DNA of 64,000 nt from Lingula anatina. Its lineage: Eukaryota; Animalia; Brachiopoda. A program made the position numbers and the translations under genes. How positions within the stretch are numbered: position 1 is the first letter of the stretch; the number at the start of each line of letters is the position of its first letter. The stretch covers positions 35,532,401 to 35,596,400 of the forward strand of contig CM120641.1 in assembly GCA_051362555.1 (NCBI GenBank), in the 5' to 3' direction. Shown one piece after another: positions 12,640-24,597 of the stretch. Under the pieces are notes generated by a model. The model was given only the letters and a program-made list of their open reading frames with translations. It did not search any database and was not told the origin of the DNA.

Positions 12640-14290
12640 TCACTCCATTTTAGTAACAGGGAAAGAGAGTCTGTCCATCAGGTCATCTATCCTGTCCTGT
12701 AACAATGGTATAATATCTGCCGAGAGGAAGAGGTGGGTCTCATCTAGATCCTGGATTACAAACTTTCTTCCAAGATCATTGTTCTCATCCAGCTGAAGAA
12801 GGAACTGTTTCATTGCTGGATCACTGAAATATTGAGAAAATAGTGTTACTAATATGGCTCAAGTTGAAACAAACATAAAATTACTAGCACACCCAAGTAC
12901 TTCAATGTGCACATCCTAGACAAAATCCGCACTATTTATCGGGTACTGTTTCAGAATCAATCCTCTTTCTATGTACACAAAAACAAGCATCAGCTGTTCA
13001 AATATTCAAAGGCTCTTGTCACGTTTACATGCCATTCAGGATAAAGAATGACGAAAAGTTTTAAATATTCTTCCCAAGTTATCATGCATTGGCAGAAATC
13101 CAATACAGGTTTTCAAAAAGCTGGAAAGGAAAGGTTACAGAGAACATGTACTGGTAACCTGCTATGTGCTGGGTTGAGTGACCAGATAATAATTAAGGTC
13201 ATTTGAAAGTTGCATGTACCATATATCTAAGACCCTTCATTCATTTTAGACTTCAACTGCACAGAGGCAATATGTGCTTGTGTCACATCATCCTTTTCTG
13301 GTGTGAGTGTTATAAATTATTTTAGTATTTACAAAAGGCAATTTACTAAATTAATTATAAAAACTTATACATGTATGATCACAATCTTTTTTTTCTTTTT
13401 TCAATATATCTATCCAGTTCTTTATTAAAGCATGCATGGTGGTTGACTTATGTGGTTGGCAAACCTTTAAATTATAATTTTCTTCAGCAAAGGGTGCCAA
13501 GACAAAATATATGGAACTGTTTTTCACCAGCATGTCAGATTTCCAAGAAAATTGGGGGCATTGTTTATTTTGTGATTTTCTGTTACCTCCCTCCCCCCTC
13601 TTGCCCCCCCCCCCCCCCCTCCTTCAGCTAATGTTAGGAGGTCAAGTTCTATTGCATTTGCTTTGGAGGAAAAATTGCATCAATTTGTACTAGTGTTTTC
13701 AATATTGCATGCTTCTGTGGCCCAAAATTCATTCACTTTGCCTGCTTAATTTGCATGAACATTACTCTGCTTGGAAAAACCAAAGCATTGTTGTGTTCAT
13801 GCCTAACTCCCTTACTTATTGTGTGGCAAATTTGAAGATCCTTTGGCATCATTTAGGGGAGAGAATCAAGTGGTGACTCATTTTTGAATGTGGTGGCTGA
13901 AAAAAATGATAGATATGGTGGAACTAAAACTAGAATAACTTTTGGTCTAAATGGGATAGCTAAAAAGTTTACGGTTTATTCATACTCAGGTATTGTCCAG
14001 TCTGTGTACCAAATTTCAAGTCTCCATTTTAATGAGAAAAAACTTGTGTGATCTCTAGCCTTCCCTAATGAAAAAGTCCTATAGGATCCTATAAGATCCT
14101 ATAGGAAATTGGCCCAATTTCCTATAGGATCCTATAGGATCTTATAGGATCCTATAAGACTTTTTCGTAAGGGTTGACTCTAGGCTCTACTGCAGTACTA
14201 GTCTACCGCAGTACTGATACAATCCGGTGAATCTTTTAGGTTACATAACACTTACCATTCGACTAGTACGCCTTTCATGACGTTCACCAT
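12640..14290 (-). CDS. GTF2H5: General transcription factor IIH subunit 5 (TFB5/p8), 72 aa
   Basis: Exons 14290-14256 ([14 protein letters not shown]|gtaagt) and 12823-12640 ([60 protein letters not shown]); closely matches the known p8 sequence. Missed by the ORF track. Confidence 0.97.
14063..14173. mobile_element. Foldback MITE (CMC-like) in the GTF2H5 intron
   Basis: Near-perfect palindrome of ataggatcct units with CCC...GGG termini and a TT 2-bp duplication. Confidence 0.65.
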
Positions 14291-15290
14291 CTTAACAGCT
14301 AAGTAAGACAACTTTTAGAAAAAAGGGAAGTCAGCAAGACGTGCTCTTCGTGAAGAAAAGATAGGAAATAGCCGATACACTGCTGACATTAGTTGTCCTG
14401 TAGATGTCAGCACAAACAAGATAACCCAAATAATAGACCGCTCGCTTGTACACCACACGAACCTACATGTATAACTGACGGTTACCTCCAAATATATATC
14501 CATAACTGTAATCATGCCTCATTTCATTCGCATGTTTGATACTTACCGCAATGATAAATAAGCATTGTGTTTATAGCACGTGCAAAAGTGACTCTACTGT
14601 AGGCACGCTGACATGCCGCATATGGCAGTTTTTTTCGTGACATTTCCTGAGCAAAAGACAACTCTGGAGAAATGGAAACCTTAACTTTGGTTTTAAATAT
14701 GTTTTTAGTCTTGTTTGATGGAGGCACCCGTAAAGGCCCTGTAAGGTAATTAAAAAAGGCATACCCACGCACGCGTGGTAGCCTACACACTGCAACTCTC
14801 GTAGGCCTATCTTTTTTCTCCCTTTGATGTATCTTGATAATTTCAGGTAACAAATTTTGTCGGATTTGTGAAAAAAATTCTGAGTACGAATTGTATGTTA
14901 TTTCAACAGGAGGCTCCATTAAATAGGATGTGTGTCTTATTCTTCTACGTGCAATCCAGCCTCCCTCAGTTCCTGTATCGCTATCGGGCGTTACAGGAGC
15001 AATATTCTTATTGAAGCCATTGTTAAACTTATAATGTTGTCTTCTCCTTGTGATTTTCCCACACTAAAACTGTGATATAGTCAAAACAAAATGGTTGATA
15101 TGACACATCAATGAAACATTGGCAAATCTTGTATGAATTTATGTCAAGAAACCTTTGTCTAAGCAGAGACACTCAGACAGAGTAGAGTATTTTAATGGAA
15201 ATCATTTTGATGCTGCTGCAGAGATAACTTTTTCTTGAGACATAAAAAGCACCACGCTTTGGAGTTTGGGTTTTTTTGCTACTCGAAAAC
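14291..15290. promoter_or_regulatory. Divergent promoter region between GTF2H5 and SMS
   Basis: Head-to-head start codons at 14290 (-) and 15291 (+), 1 kb apart; CpG-containing stretch. Confidence 0.5.
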
Positions 15291-18200
15291 ATGACTGCCA
15301 ACACGATCATCATGTGCTTTAAAGTGACAGCCAGCTACGTTAGCGACCCAGGTAAAAAGGACACTATTGCTACTTGCCTCGAATTCCAATGCTGACGATT
15401 CAAATTGATTTTTTATACGTCGGCTATTATTTTATGTAGAGAGGATAAAATAGTTGAATAGAGCAGTCTGAACTAATTTGTATTTCAGACAGCCCTAAAG
15501 AATCAAGTCTGAATAATCACTTTTATTGCGTCCCTATATTCACTGCTGTACTGATGTGGTACCCTCTAATATCAGGGGCTTCTAAAATAGACAATCTATA
15601 TACCTAGATCGATCTAAGAAGATCGATCCACCTCCAAGGGTTTCTCGCTAAATGTCTGGCAAGCCTACTGTAGCTGCTAAACGATAGTTAATTACCCTCT
15701 AACAGCTTCAGTAGGCGTGCCAGACATCTAAGCCGCTTAAGTTGATTGCAATTTAGCGAGAATTACCTTGGAGATAGATCGATCCACAGTTAATACAATA
15801 GGGTCTGGGAATGGTCCCATAGTCTCCAAAATTTAAGTATGCGATACAAAAATTTTGTAACAGAGTACTTGTGCACCCTGTGGTCAGAGAGTACTGATGG
15901 TGGTGCTACAAACTGATTATTTATACTCAAACTGTTAAAGTACGCAATGTTCCATTTTTGCTTCGAACAAATTCAATTTGAAATAGCATTTATATTTCAA
16001 ACATGATATTAATTTTGATGATAATTTTGTTAAGAAAAAAAATGCAATAAATCACCAATTTCATTGCAGTAATATTGCGTCCTGTAAAAATTAAACTATT
16101 CTTTGATTTTGTGTTTTAAATAAAGCTTTCCTGGTCAGTTTGAAGAAAATTGGAGAACTGACTTTGGGTGCACTTTCCTCAGAGCCCACTCAGTTAGAGG
16201 TAGATCAAGACAAACTGTTCATCTTCACTGGGACATCGGGAAGGTGAGAAGGAATGACCCGAAAACTATGAGAATTGAAAATGAACTCAAAAAGTTATGG
16301 ATGGATTTTGTTGAAATTTTCAGGAAAAGTCAGAAATTGGCAAATTTTAAAGTGATTGGACTTTGGTTGTGATCTGGATCACCGTCTGGATCCAGGAATT
16401 TTAAAAATATTTTTCCAGTGCAAGCTAACTCTTATAATATAAACAATGTACCTTGTTGATTAACAATGAACATTTAGCTCATTAATTAGTTGATCAATAA
16501 ATTATTTAGCACAATGAGAATTGAGTGGCCTTGGCGGAGGTCTGTACTCTCTGAGTGCAACATTCCTCAGAGCAAGTTCATCTCCGGACTAACCGATCCG
16601 CAGATCAAATGTGGCCGACCCACATAAAAGCAGAGCCGTCTAATCCGCTGATGGTTTCCCTGCCTCGGCACGCGCCATTAAATTGATTTAATCACGGCTC
16701 CGAGGTTTGATTGCTAGACCTCTGCAGGGACGGCGCGTGTGGAGATGGGGGAAGGGGGGCATCAGCGCACTAGTCGGCTCTGCTTTAATGAAGGTCGCTC
16801 GTGTTTGATCCACGGATCCGTTAGTCCGCAGATCAACTTGTTCCGAATGCCCTCTAATTTTTTAACACCCATATTTCTTACTGTATTATATTAGTTGGTA
16901 CAGGGATTAAGATGTTTCGTATATTTGGCAACAATTGATGTGAAACACTTTTCCTAAGTCATTTATAAATAATCAAAAAAATTGTATAATTTGTTTCATA
17001 AGAAAATTTTAACAGATAGTTATTAACTTTTATTTTGCAGTCATGCCACCTTGAGGATATACTTCACTGGGCTTGTTACGCTTGATGTTCAACACTATGG
17101 CAAGGGTGACGAGTATGAATGGAGCATGGGGAAATACAATATGGAAGTAAGGAATTTGCACCGAAAGACTAATTAAGATTTTATAGAGGACTCTCACCTA
17201 TAATTAGCACATCTTCACGGTTTCCAAGTAAGATGGTAACGACGAGCGAAGGGCGTGTGAGTTAACGTTAATGTTTTGAAAATGAAATAGCAGAGTCAGG
17301 ACATGACCGACATGCCCTTCGCTGAAGGAGCCGCCCTGTCTGGAACCGCGCAAATTTAGCAATGAGAAAAAATTACAAACAGGCTCGAAATACGGACAGC
17401 GTTGTATACTTTTAGGTTGGATGACGCGTTTCCACTCTTTAATCTCAAACCATTAAGTCAAAGGACTCATGATCTTAACATCTTAATCAGATTAACAAAC
17501 AAGATGACTTTACCTCTTTAGACTTTACGCAACGTATTATAAAGAATGACAAACAATTAACAAAGACATTACGTGAAGTTACCAAAATGTTGGTAGATTT
17601 TTTAATGTCCCGACAGCCTGTATGAGTATATATCAGCCATACGGATGCTTGTGGTCCGGGACATACATACATACATATGCATACATACATACCGGGACTC
17701 CCGGTGTATTCGCTGTATGTATGCATATGTATGTTTCTGTGCGTGACATTTTTTCAAATGTCGTAAAATATTTAAGAGATGCCCGTTTAATTTAAGACCA
17801 GAGTTATTTGTAAAAAACTTTTATTTCTAGTAATTCTAATATCAATTTTATTTTATTTATTTTTTGTTTAATTTGTATAGGCTATCAAGGAGTTAAAACG
17901 AAAAATAAAAGATCAGTTTGGTTCTGAGGTGGAATTTTTACACTGGTAGGTGGATAGATAAGAAAAATTCCTGTGTTTGCTGTGTGTTACGAATAAGACT
18001 TTTATTCACTATATTTCAGTAAAGGATAATCGCAATGCAACAAAGCTATGACCCGATCCTTAGATTTTTCACACTACGGCATAAAAGGAAACCGACAACA
18101 AAAATGAGCAGAATATATAAAATATCACTTTTGACTTTTCAGCCTGTATACCCCCGTTCGTCGTGGTGGTAAGGTGTGGCCTTATTACGTTACAGCAGAT

Positions 18201-21200
18201 GAAAGACTGGTCGAGCCAGACTATGATAAAGTTGTTTATGAGACCAACTCTTCCTGGCAGAATATCAAGATCATGCACTCCAGAGAGCTTGGGAATGTTT
18301 TGGTCCTTGATGACGATGTCAGTAAGTTGACTTTAGAAACAGCTGTCATAATATTAAAAATATCTCCAACAAAACTTCCTATAGTGTTAAAAACCATGGG
18401 GATGCTTGGCCTACAAATCTGAAGTCTATAAACAATGTTTGATAATGTTTTAGATATTTTATAAACATAGATGACAGAAAGTACGCTATACGAATCAACT
18501 GCACCGTGTTTATAAAAGCTATATTTTAAGGTTGGACAGATAACTCTACAGGCCCTATTGATGAAAATATTTTCTTGGTGGATTTTAGTGAATGCCGTTC
18601 TGACAGGAAGTCCAGGGTCCCATAGTCAGGCTATACAGTCGGAATATTGGGGTTAGTAATATGTACATGTATATGGGACGAATGTGATCTGTACAAAGTA
18701 ATGGGGAACAGACTATATATAAGCCCTATGGTTCCTAGGGAACGACTATTCCTGTCACACCGGTAGTATAGATCGATATTTCAGCTTACTCAGTCATTTA
18801 AAACAAAAAGCCAATGATACATGCATGTAATTATCAGTGAACTTTAAAAGCCTGAAATGTCTCTATCTCTGATTACGGAAAGCCATATTATTTATTCTAT
18901 GTTTTCATAATAAAACTGTTACAGAATGTGTGAAATGTGTCCAGTTGTCTAATTTCAAGGTATTGGTGAGAGTGACTCAATCTACACACAGACCTTACTA
19001 GGCCTGGGAACGACAAAGCGTGAAAACTATGAAGGGAAAGAGATTCTGATTTTGGGAGGAGGGGACGGAGGAATCCTGCACGAGTTGTTGAAGGAGAATC
19101 CAAAGCATGTTACCATGGCCGAGGTAAGTGAACAAGTTTCCAATGAACTGTCAGCTGTTAAATAATTACGACAAAAAAGTTGATACTGTGTTCACCACGA
19201 AAGTGAATGCCCATGACTAGTTTGTCAGTTAGATTATCATCTTAATCATGACGAGCAAGCTTGTTATAAGATTAAATGAAAATACTCTTGCTATGTAAAT
19301 TATTATTTTGATGACCCTAGTTCTGAATAAAGCAAATGGCACTCATGTTTGTTTGAAATGATTTATAAATTATATAAATTGTCATTCAATATATGTTCAA
19401 GTATAAGTTGTATTCACGATGTTAGGTTGATGAAGAGGTGATTAAAACGTGTCGTACTCACTTGCGTAGCGTATGTGGTGACAGCATGGATAATTTTGAG
19501 GGGCCCAACTATAAGGTAAGTGTAGCATCCAGGCTAATGTGAAAAATAAAACCAATGTGAGAAACAAAACTATCACCTGCCATGCATACATCTACTTGTG
19601 TCTGTGTCGTTGTGGCTTAAATGCTGAATTCATAATTACACAATAGGGCTACTATAAAGGGTATCACCAACGTGTGTTGACAATTAATGGGAATTTGTCA
19701 AAGAAATCTAATAGACTTTTTTATTTTCTGATACGTATACGAATACCTTACTCGTGAGTTTTTAGACCGCCTTCAAATGACTGTTAATAGATCATAATTG
19801 GTGACGGTATCCAAGTCATGAAGGAAAGCCTAGAGCAGGAAAAGAAGTTCGACTACATCATCAATGACATAAGTGAATTCGCAGTAGATATAGAAAACAA
19901 ATACGGTGAGAATAGATTAATTGGGTATTAATTAACCAGATCTTAACAATAAACAAAAATATAATCAGATTCAAAAGTGCATGTTCTCTAATCATAAATT
20001 CTTCTAAAGTCCTGTCTCCATCGACTTAAGGTTTGTGTCTTGCTGCTGAAATTTGAGGGGGAGTTTTCAATTGGCTCGAATTGAATCTTCTGTTGATCAA
20101 CGAAATAGCGGGGTTAGAATGACATAATATTTTTGCCAATTTTATATCGCTTTGAATTTTATTTTTATTCTTAGGTTTTGCGTACAGTTTTAAAACTACT
20201 CACTTGGTGATGGAGCTAGCTCTGAAGTTGCTTAAACCTGGAGGAAAACTCTTGGCAAGGGTGGGTGCTAATTAAGTTCTTACCTTGCGTATTTTCAACC
20301 TGTGTAATTTTAACAGTCCATTTTATTTTATATTTTTTTACTTTTAAATACCAAGTTAATAATATTTGACCTCCGATTTAATGCTGGAAATTTAGCATAA
20401 CATTCTGGCATACTGAAAAGCGATCTGTTAATAGTTCAGGTATATCTTCGTTAAAGGTAAAAGGTGTGAATTACAGAGTGAGGTACTCCATGAAATAGAC
20501 TGATTGTTCTTTTTATATTTCGTAATGTCCTTGTAAACTTTATTGTTCATGTTCATTTACTGAAGCACTGTGCGTCCTCTTACTTAACTGACCCATCCGT
20601 CGCGTTATAAATGATCTCTCGTGAATTACAAATCATTTAAATATGACATATTTTTAGGCTCTGTTCTCACAACTTTTAGATCGATCTATCACCGCGGGGA
20701 GTCTCACTAGATTACTGTCAGATAATCCCCCTTAAGTGTCCGTCCCCGCCTACTACAAGCTTTAAGGGGTAATTAACTTTCGTGTCCGCCCGGCTGACAG
20801 CTATTTAGCGTGAACCCCCAGGGAGTTAGGTCGATCCAATGTAGGTCGATCTAATCTATGAGAATGGGGTGTTAGTATGTCATACACACAATGGACAATA
20901 GAAGTGTCACCCCCTGAATCAGAGTAAACAAATTACATGTAGGTAGATCTTGAGTAGTTATAATGCCTAGTCTACTTATTATGTGACTAATGAGTATAAA
21001 AGCGCTGTACCATGGAATTGTATTTTTGGTCTTTTTGTGAAATTTGATGTTAATAAAATGATACCAGGAGCATATCATTCCACAGTCATTTATCTCCGCC
21101 CAAAGTATTGGTTCAGTAGGGGTGACACTTCTATTGCCCAGTGTGTGTATTTATCATTTGCAACACTAGCTTCATCTTGGTACGAAATTAGTCTCTTACA

Positions 21201-22072
21201 CCACCAAGATACCGGTATGTCTTACTGTTTTGGAAAGCCGATTTGTATTTATTTAAAAATAACCATGGATATGCCATTCCCAGTCTTCTGATAAAAAAAA
21301 AAAGCTACACATTCTTAGCGTGCATTCACAATTAATCCATCCTACTAGTTACTGCGCACGAACTCCACGGGGATTCTCACTTAATGCAAAAAAAGATAAT
21401 AATAACAATTATAATAAATTAATAAATAAATAATAATAATAATAATAAATAAATAAATAATAATAATAGTTAAACACGCCTCCTCTCGCGTTAAAAGTAG
21501 AATACAGAAAAGCTGGTGATTACTACGAATACGATGGAAACAATTAAGTGCCCAGCAACTATAGTACGACAGATTCATTGTGAACGCACCCTTAGTGACA
21601 TGTTTCTTATTCTCTGTAGGGAGACTGCGCAAGTGCAAAGAATTACCACTCTCAGTTGGAGGAAGATGTTGCCAAACTTGGAGTTCGGTTCAACCGTAGA
21701 AGCGCATATGTGCCATCTTTTCGCGAAACGTATCCTTTCGTCTAGGTCACAAGCCACAGTGTTAAACGCCAGTAGAGTAGGCAGCGTTGACAGAAACTGA
21801 CAACAATATTATTAGTTTATTTAATAAACTGGTCATACACGACTGTAGCAAAATGGGTTTGTTCGACAGGATTAGGGAATCAAACAAAAAAATTAATTAT
21901 TCAGTTAATTGGTCTTATCATAGTCATTGTGCGTTGTTAGATAAATCTGCACCAAAAGTGATTTATACCCAAAACAGATATGTAACGTCAGTATACAGCT
22001 GTATATTTATGTATTTTTGTTTGACTTAATTAAATCCCTAGATATTGCTTTGATGAAATCTGGAGGGATTGA
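15291..22072 (+). CDS. SMS: Spermine synthase-like aminopropyltransferase, 11 exons, 374 aa
   Basis: Exons 15291-15351, 16126-16243, 17041-17146, 17881-17945, 18143-18321, 18960-19123, 19426-19515, 19791-19905, 20175-20260, 21620-21729, 22042-22072 splice in frame (1125 nt). Motifs ATLRIYFTGLVTLDVQ, TADERLVE, QNIKIMHS, ILILGGGDGGIL, FDYIIND, VPSFRET|YCFDEIW match the SMS family. Confidence 0.92.
16277..16558 (+). mobile_element. Helentron/HINE (DINE-1-like) non-autonomous element fragment
   Basis: aactcaaaaagttatggatggattttgttgaaattttcagga...gatctggatcaccgtctggatccaggaatttt...ccttggcggaggtctgtactctctgagtgc; resembles a widespread Helentron-associated repeat (recognition from memory, not a search). 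Confidence 0.45.
20657..20871. mobile_element. Harbinger-type MITE, family A
   Basis: ~215 bp, TIRs, TTA duplication on both sides; near-identical core to 26078-26292. Confidence 0.85.
20885..21147. mobile_element. Tc1/mariner-type MITE
   Basis: TIR cacacaatggacaatagaagtgtcacccc / ggggtgacacttctattgcccagtgtgtg with TA duplication; second copy at 22330-22567. Confidence 0.8.
21730..22041 (+). other. U12-type (minor spliceosome) GT-AG intron, last intron of SMS
   Basis: Donor GTATCCTTT (U12 consensus) at 21730; branch-like gacttaat at 22023-22030, ~11 nt before TAG; no long pyrimidine tract; splicing restores a C-terminus xxFxxxW like other SMS proteins. Confidence 0.85.
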
Positions 22073-22329
22073 GCGAGATTCAGACTAAAATGTCAACAAA
22101 TGGAAGAACGGGAGATGTATCTTGTAAATAAGTCTATACTATACAACTTTTAGCTACGCTTGTTATCATGGATGACCCAGGCTGGTTAAAGCGCTTCATA
22201 CAGACTGTCCTTCGACTGAGAAATGTTTTGGATCACACAAAAGTATTCTTGATTCTATTCACACAAAAGAATTCTCGTTTCGTAAATATAAAAATAATAA
22301 TACACCATAAAACGTACCAACAGTATGTA

Positions 22330-22567
22330 CACACACTGGACAATAGAAGTGTCACCCCCTGAATCAGAGTAATCAAATTTATTTACCTGAAGAGGCGGAA
22401 TATAAGCAATGTCAGAATATCGATGCAGTTGAATTATTCAATCAGAACCGTTTCTTTTGTGAAATTGATGTTATTAAAATGATACCAGGAGTATATCATT
22501 CTACAGTCATTTATCTCCCCCAAAGTATTGATTCAGTAGGGATGACACTTCTATTGTCCAGTGTGTG
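22330..22567. mobile_element. Tc1/mariner-type MITE (second copy)
   Basis: Same TIRs as 20885-21147, TA duplication. Confidence 0.8.
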
Positions 22568-22730
22568 TACATACGGAATACAATATTGCAAGTGGCTGCC
22601 GTCATACGTGCAGCAGTACTCTACTGAGGGAGAGGCCCGATATGAGTTGTCTTAAAACTAATAACTAATTGATTCTGCATATCCATAACCACATAAAAAC
22701 AAATTACATGGACTGATTAAGGGGTACGTA

Positions 22731-24293
22731 TCAGTCAGTTTTCTTCATCTTCTTTAACTGAGGCTGAAATTTAAAAACATGACTGCACAACATTTTGCAA
22801 CAAAATAAAAAAAAGACAAAAACACATATTACAACCGTTAATAGGAAGATTATTACGTCTAGCAATAAATACTGGTACCAGCTAAGTCTCTCCATCGCCT
22901 GAGAATGGAAATGCAACGTTCCATTGTTTCTGATAACATACTCAACCCAGTACATCAGTGTTTCCTTTCCATCCATCGGCTGGTCACGAACCATTGCTGC
23001 TGCACGCTTAGCGTTGGCAAAATAGCTTCGGTTATTCAGAACCTTCAATATAACTGCAGAGAAAGTAGATTCTGTTATATTGTAGAAGTCTAACTTCTCC
23101 CCCATTCCAAGACGTTCAACAAACTTTGTTGCGTGGCTAAATTGATCTACAAACAAGGGTACAGCAACAACAGGGACCCCATGATATAGCGCCTCGTGTG
23201 AACCACTAACTCCGCAGTGAGTGATGAACAGTCGCGCTTTTGCGTGACCAACAAGATCATTTTGTGGTATCCAATTCATAACTTTCGTGTTATTTGCCAA
23301 TCCCGGAATATCAGAATTATTGTTCCGCCATATAATCTTCTGCGGAAGTTGTGCAAAAACCGTGGCTATTATTTCTGCTTTTTCTGGCGTAAGTTCGGCT
23401 ACCATCGACCCAAAACTCATGATAATGATGCCGTGTTCTCCCGAAGATTCTACGAACTCTTCCAAATCTTTAGATAGGGGTTTTGCAGGGTGGAAAAGGA
23501 TACCCGACACCGTTTTTACCCAAGGGTAAACGGGGCGGGGATAGTCAAAAGCAAAATCTACGTTAACTATCAGTATAGACAATCTGGTATAAGCTGTCGT
23601 AATTGACAAGGACTTGTTGAGGTTGTATTTTTCTTTTGCATCATTAAAAGGAGCCGTGACATAGTACTTAAAAAATACAGTCAATGTTAACATCAATGTG
23701 TTCATTAATCTTTCCCAAAAACTCATATGATCCGAATATCCTGTAATAATATTTGGCATGTAGGCAGGGTGTTCAGGATATACCGTCCAGTCGCCATCGA
23801 ATCCCAAATTAGAATACCCGACTCCCGGGATGTTTAAATAATCCCTCAATACTAAACTCTCTGTAGCAATTACGTCATAAAACAGGAGGTCAAACTTTTT
23901 AGAAATCAGAGTATCTAGTAGCTCTTTGTTCCCAAAAAGTGCATCCAACGTGTTCCTGCTTTTCTCAACCAATTTCATGACGAGAGGAAAGGGATTTTTG
24001 TGGACATCGGTAAGAAGTTCTTCGCTGGAAAATGACAAAGTTTCATAGTCTACCTTGACAGTTAACACCTCTATCCCCTCGGGTATATCCTTAAGATTAA
24101 TATCGGTAGTGATCAACATGCTTACGCTGTGGTTTCTCGCTGCCATCATTTGCCCAATCTTCATAATGTTTCGGAAACGGGAGTTGTACATTTGAGAGTA
24201 TGGATACAGCAGAATCTTAGCGCCGATGGCTCCGCCGTAGAGGCTGATGAAGGCACCGACGAGCAATAGAAAACACAAGTGCATCACCGCCAT
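22731..24293 (-). CDS. UDP-glycosyltransferase (UGT2-like), intronless, copy 1, 520 aa
   Basis: Signal peptide, UGT signature WIPQNDLVGHAKARLFITHCGVSGSHEALYHGVPVVAVPLFVDQ, WVEYVIR, C-terminal TM and KKTD dilysine end. Confidence 0.96.
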   Translation of the reverse strand: MAVMHLCFLLLVGAFISLYGGAIGAKILLYPYSQMYNSRFRNIMKIGQMMAARNHSVSMLITTDINLKDIPEGIEVLTVKVDYETLSFSSEELLTDVHKNPFPLVMKLVEKSRNTLDALFGNKELLDTLISKKFDLLFYDVIATESLVLRDYLNIPGVGYSNLGFDGDWTVYPEHPAYMPNIITGYSDHMSFWERLMNTLMLTLTVFFKYYVTAPFNDAKEKYNLNKSLSITTAYTRLSILIVNVDFAFDYPRPVYPWVKTVSGILFHPAKPLSKDLEEFVESSGEHGIIIMSFGSMVAELTPEKAEIIATVFAQLPQKIIWRNNNSDIPGLANNTKVMNWIPQNDLVGHAKARLFITHCGVSGSHEALYHGVPVVAVPLFVDQFSHATKFVERLGMGEKLDFYNITESTFSAVILKVLNNRSYFANAKRAAAMVRDQPMDGKETLMYWVEYVIRNNGTLHFHSQAMERLSWYQYLLLDVIIFLLTVVICVFVFFLFCCKMLCSHVFKFQPQLKKMKKTD

Positions 24294-24566
24294 TTAAGTA
24301 CCAGCAGACTGTGAGGTATATTTTCTTCTTTCCCTGCTCTCAAACGGGGCAGCAAATATTTGTTACGCATGACAAGTTTAAACCACTCTGGTTTCACAAA
24401 GGTACTGGTCTAACTGGTGGACCCACTAGGGGTCGAGTTACCATTGTGCTAAAGGTGAGGTGGGGGGGGGGGGCAAGGACAAAAATTGAATTGCTTCTCT
24501 CGGCAAATAAAACGGAAAACATGAATATATTTACTGTAATATACACCTACCGGGACAAAATTTGAT

Positions 24567-24597
<31 letters not shown>

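Noticed and set aside
14524-14919. 131-aa ORF between GTF2H5 and SMS
   Set aside because: No recognisable motifs or splice structure; lies in a divergent promoter region.
21516-21800. 94-aa ORF similar to 28383-28595 (HMCH...SSRSQATV)
   Set aside because: Wrong-frame translation of SMS exon 10 and its duplicate; the similarity reflects the DNA duplication.
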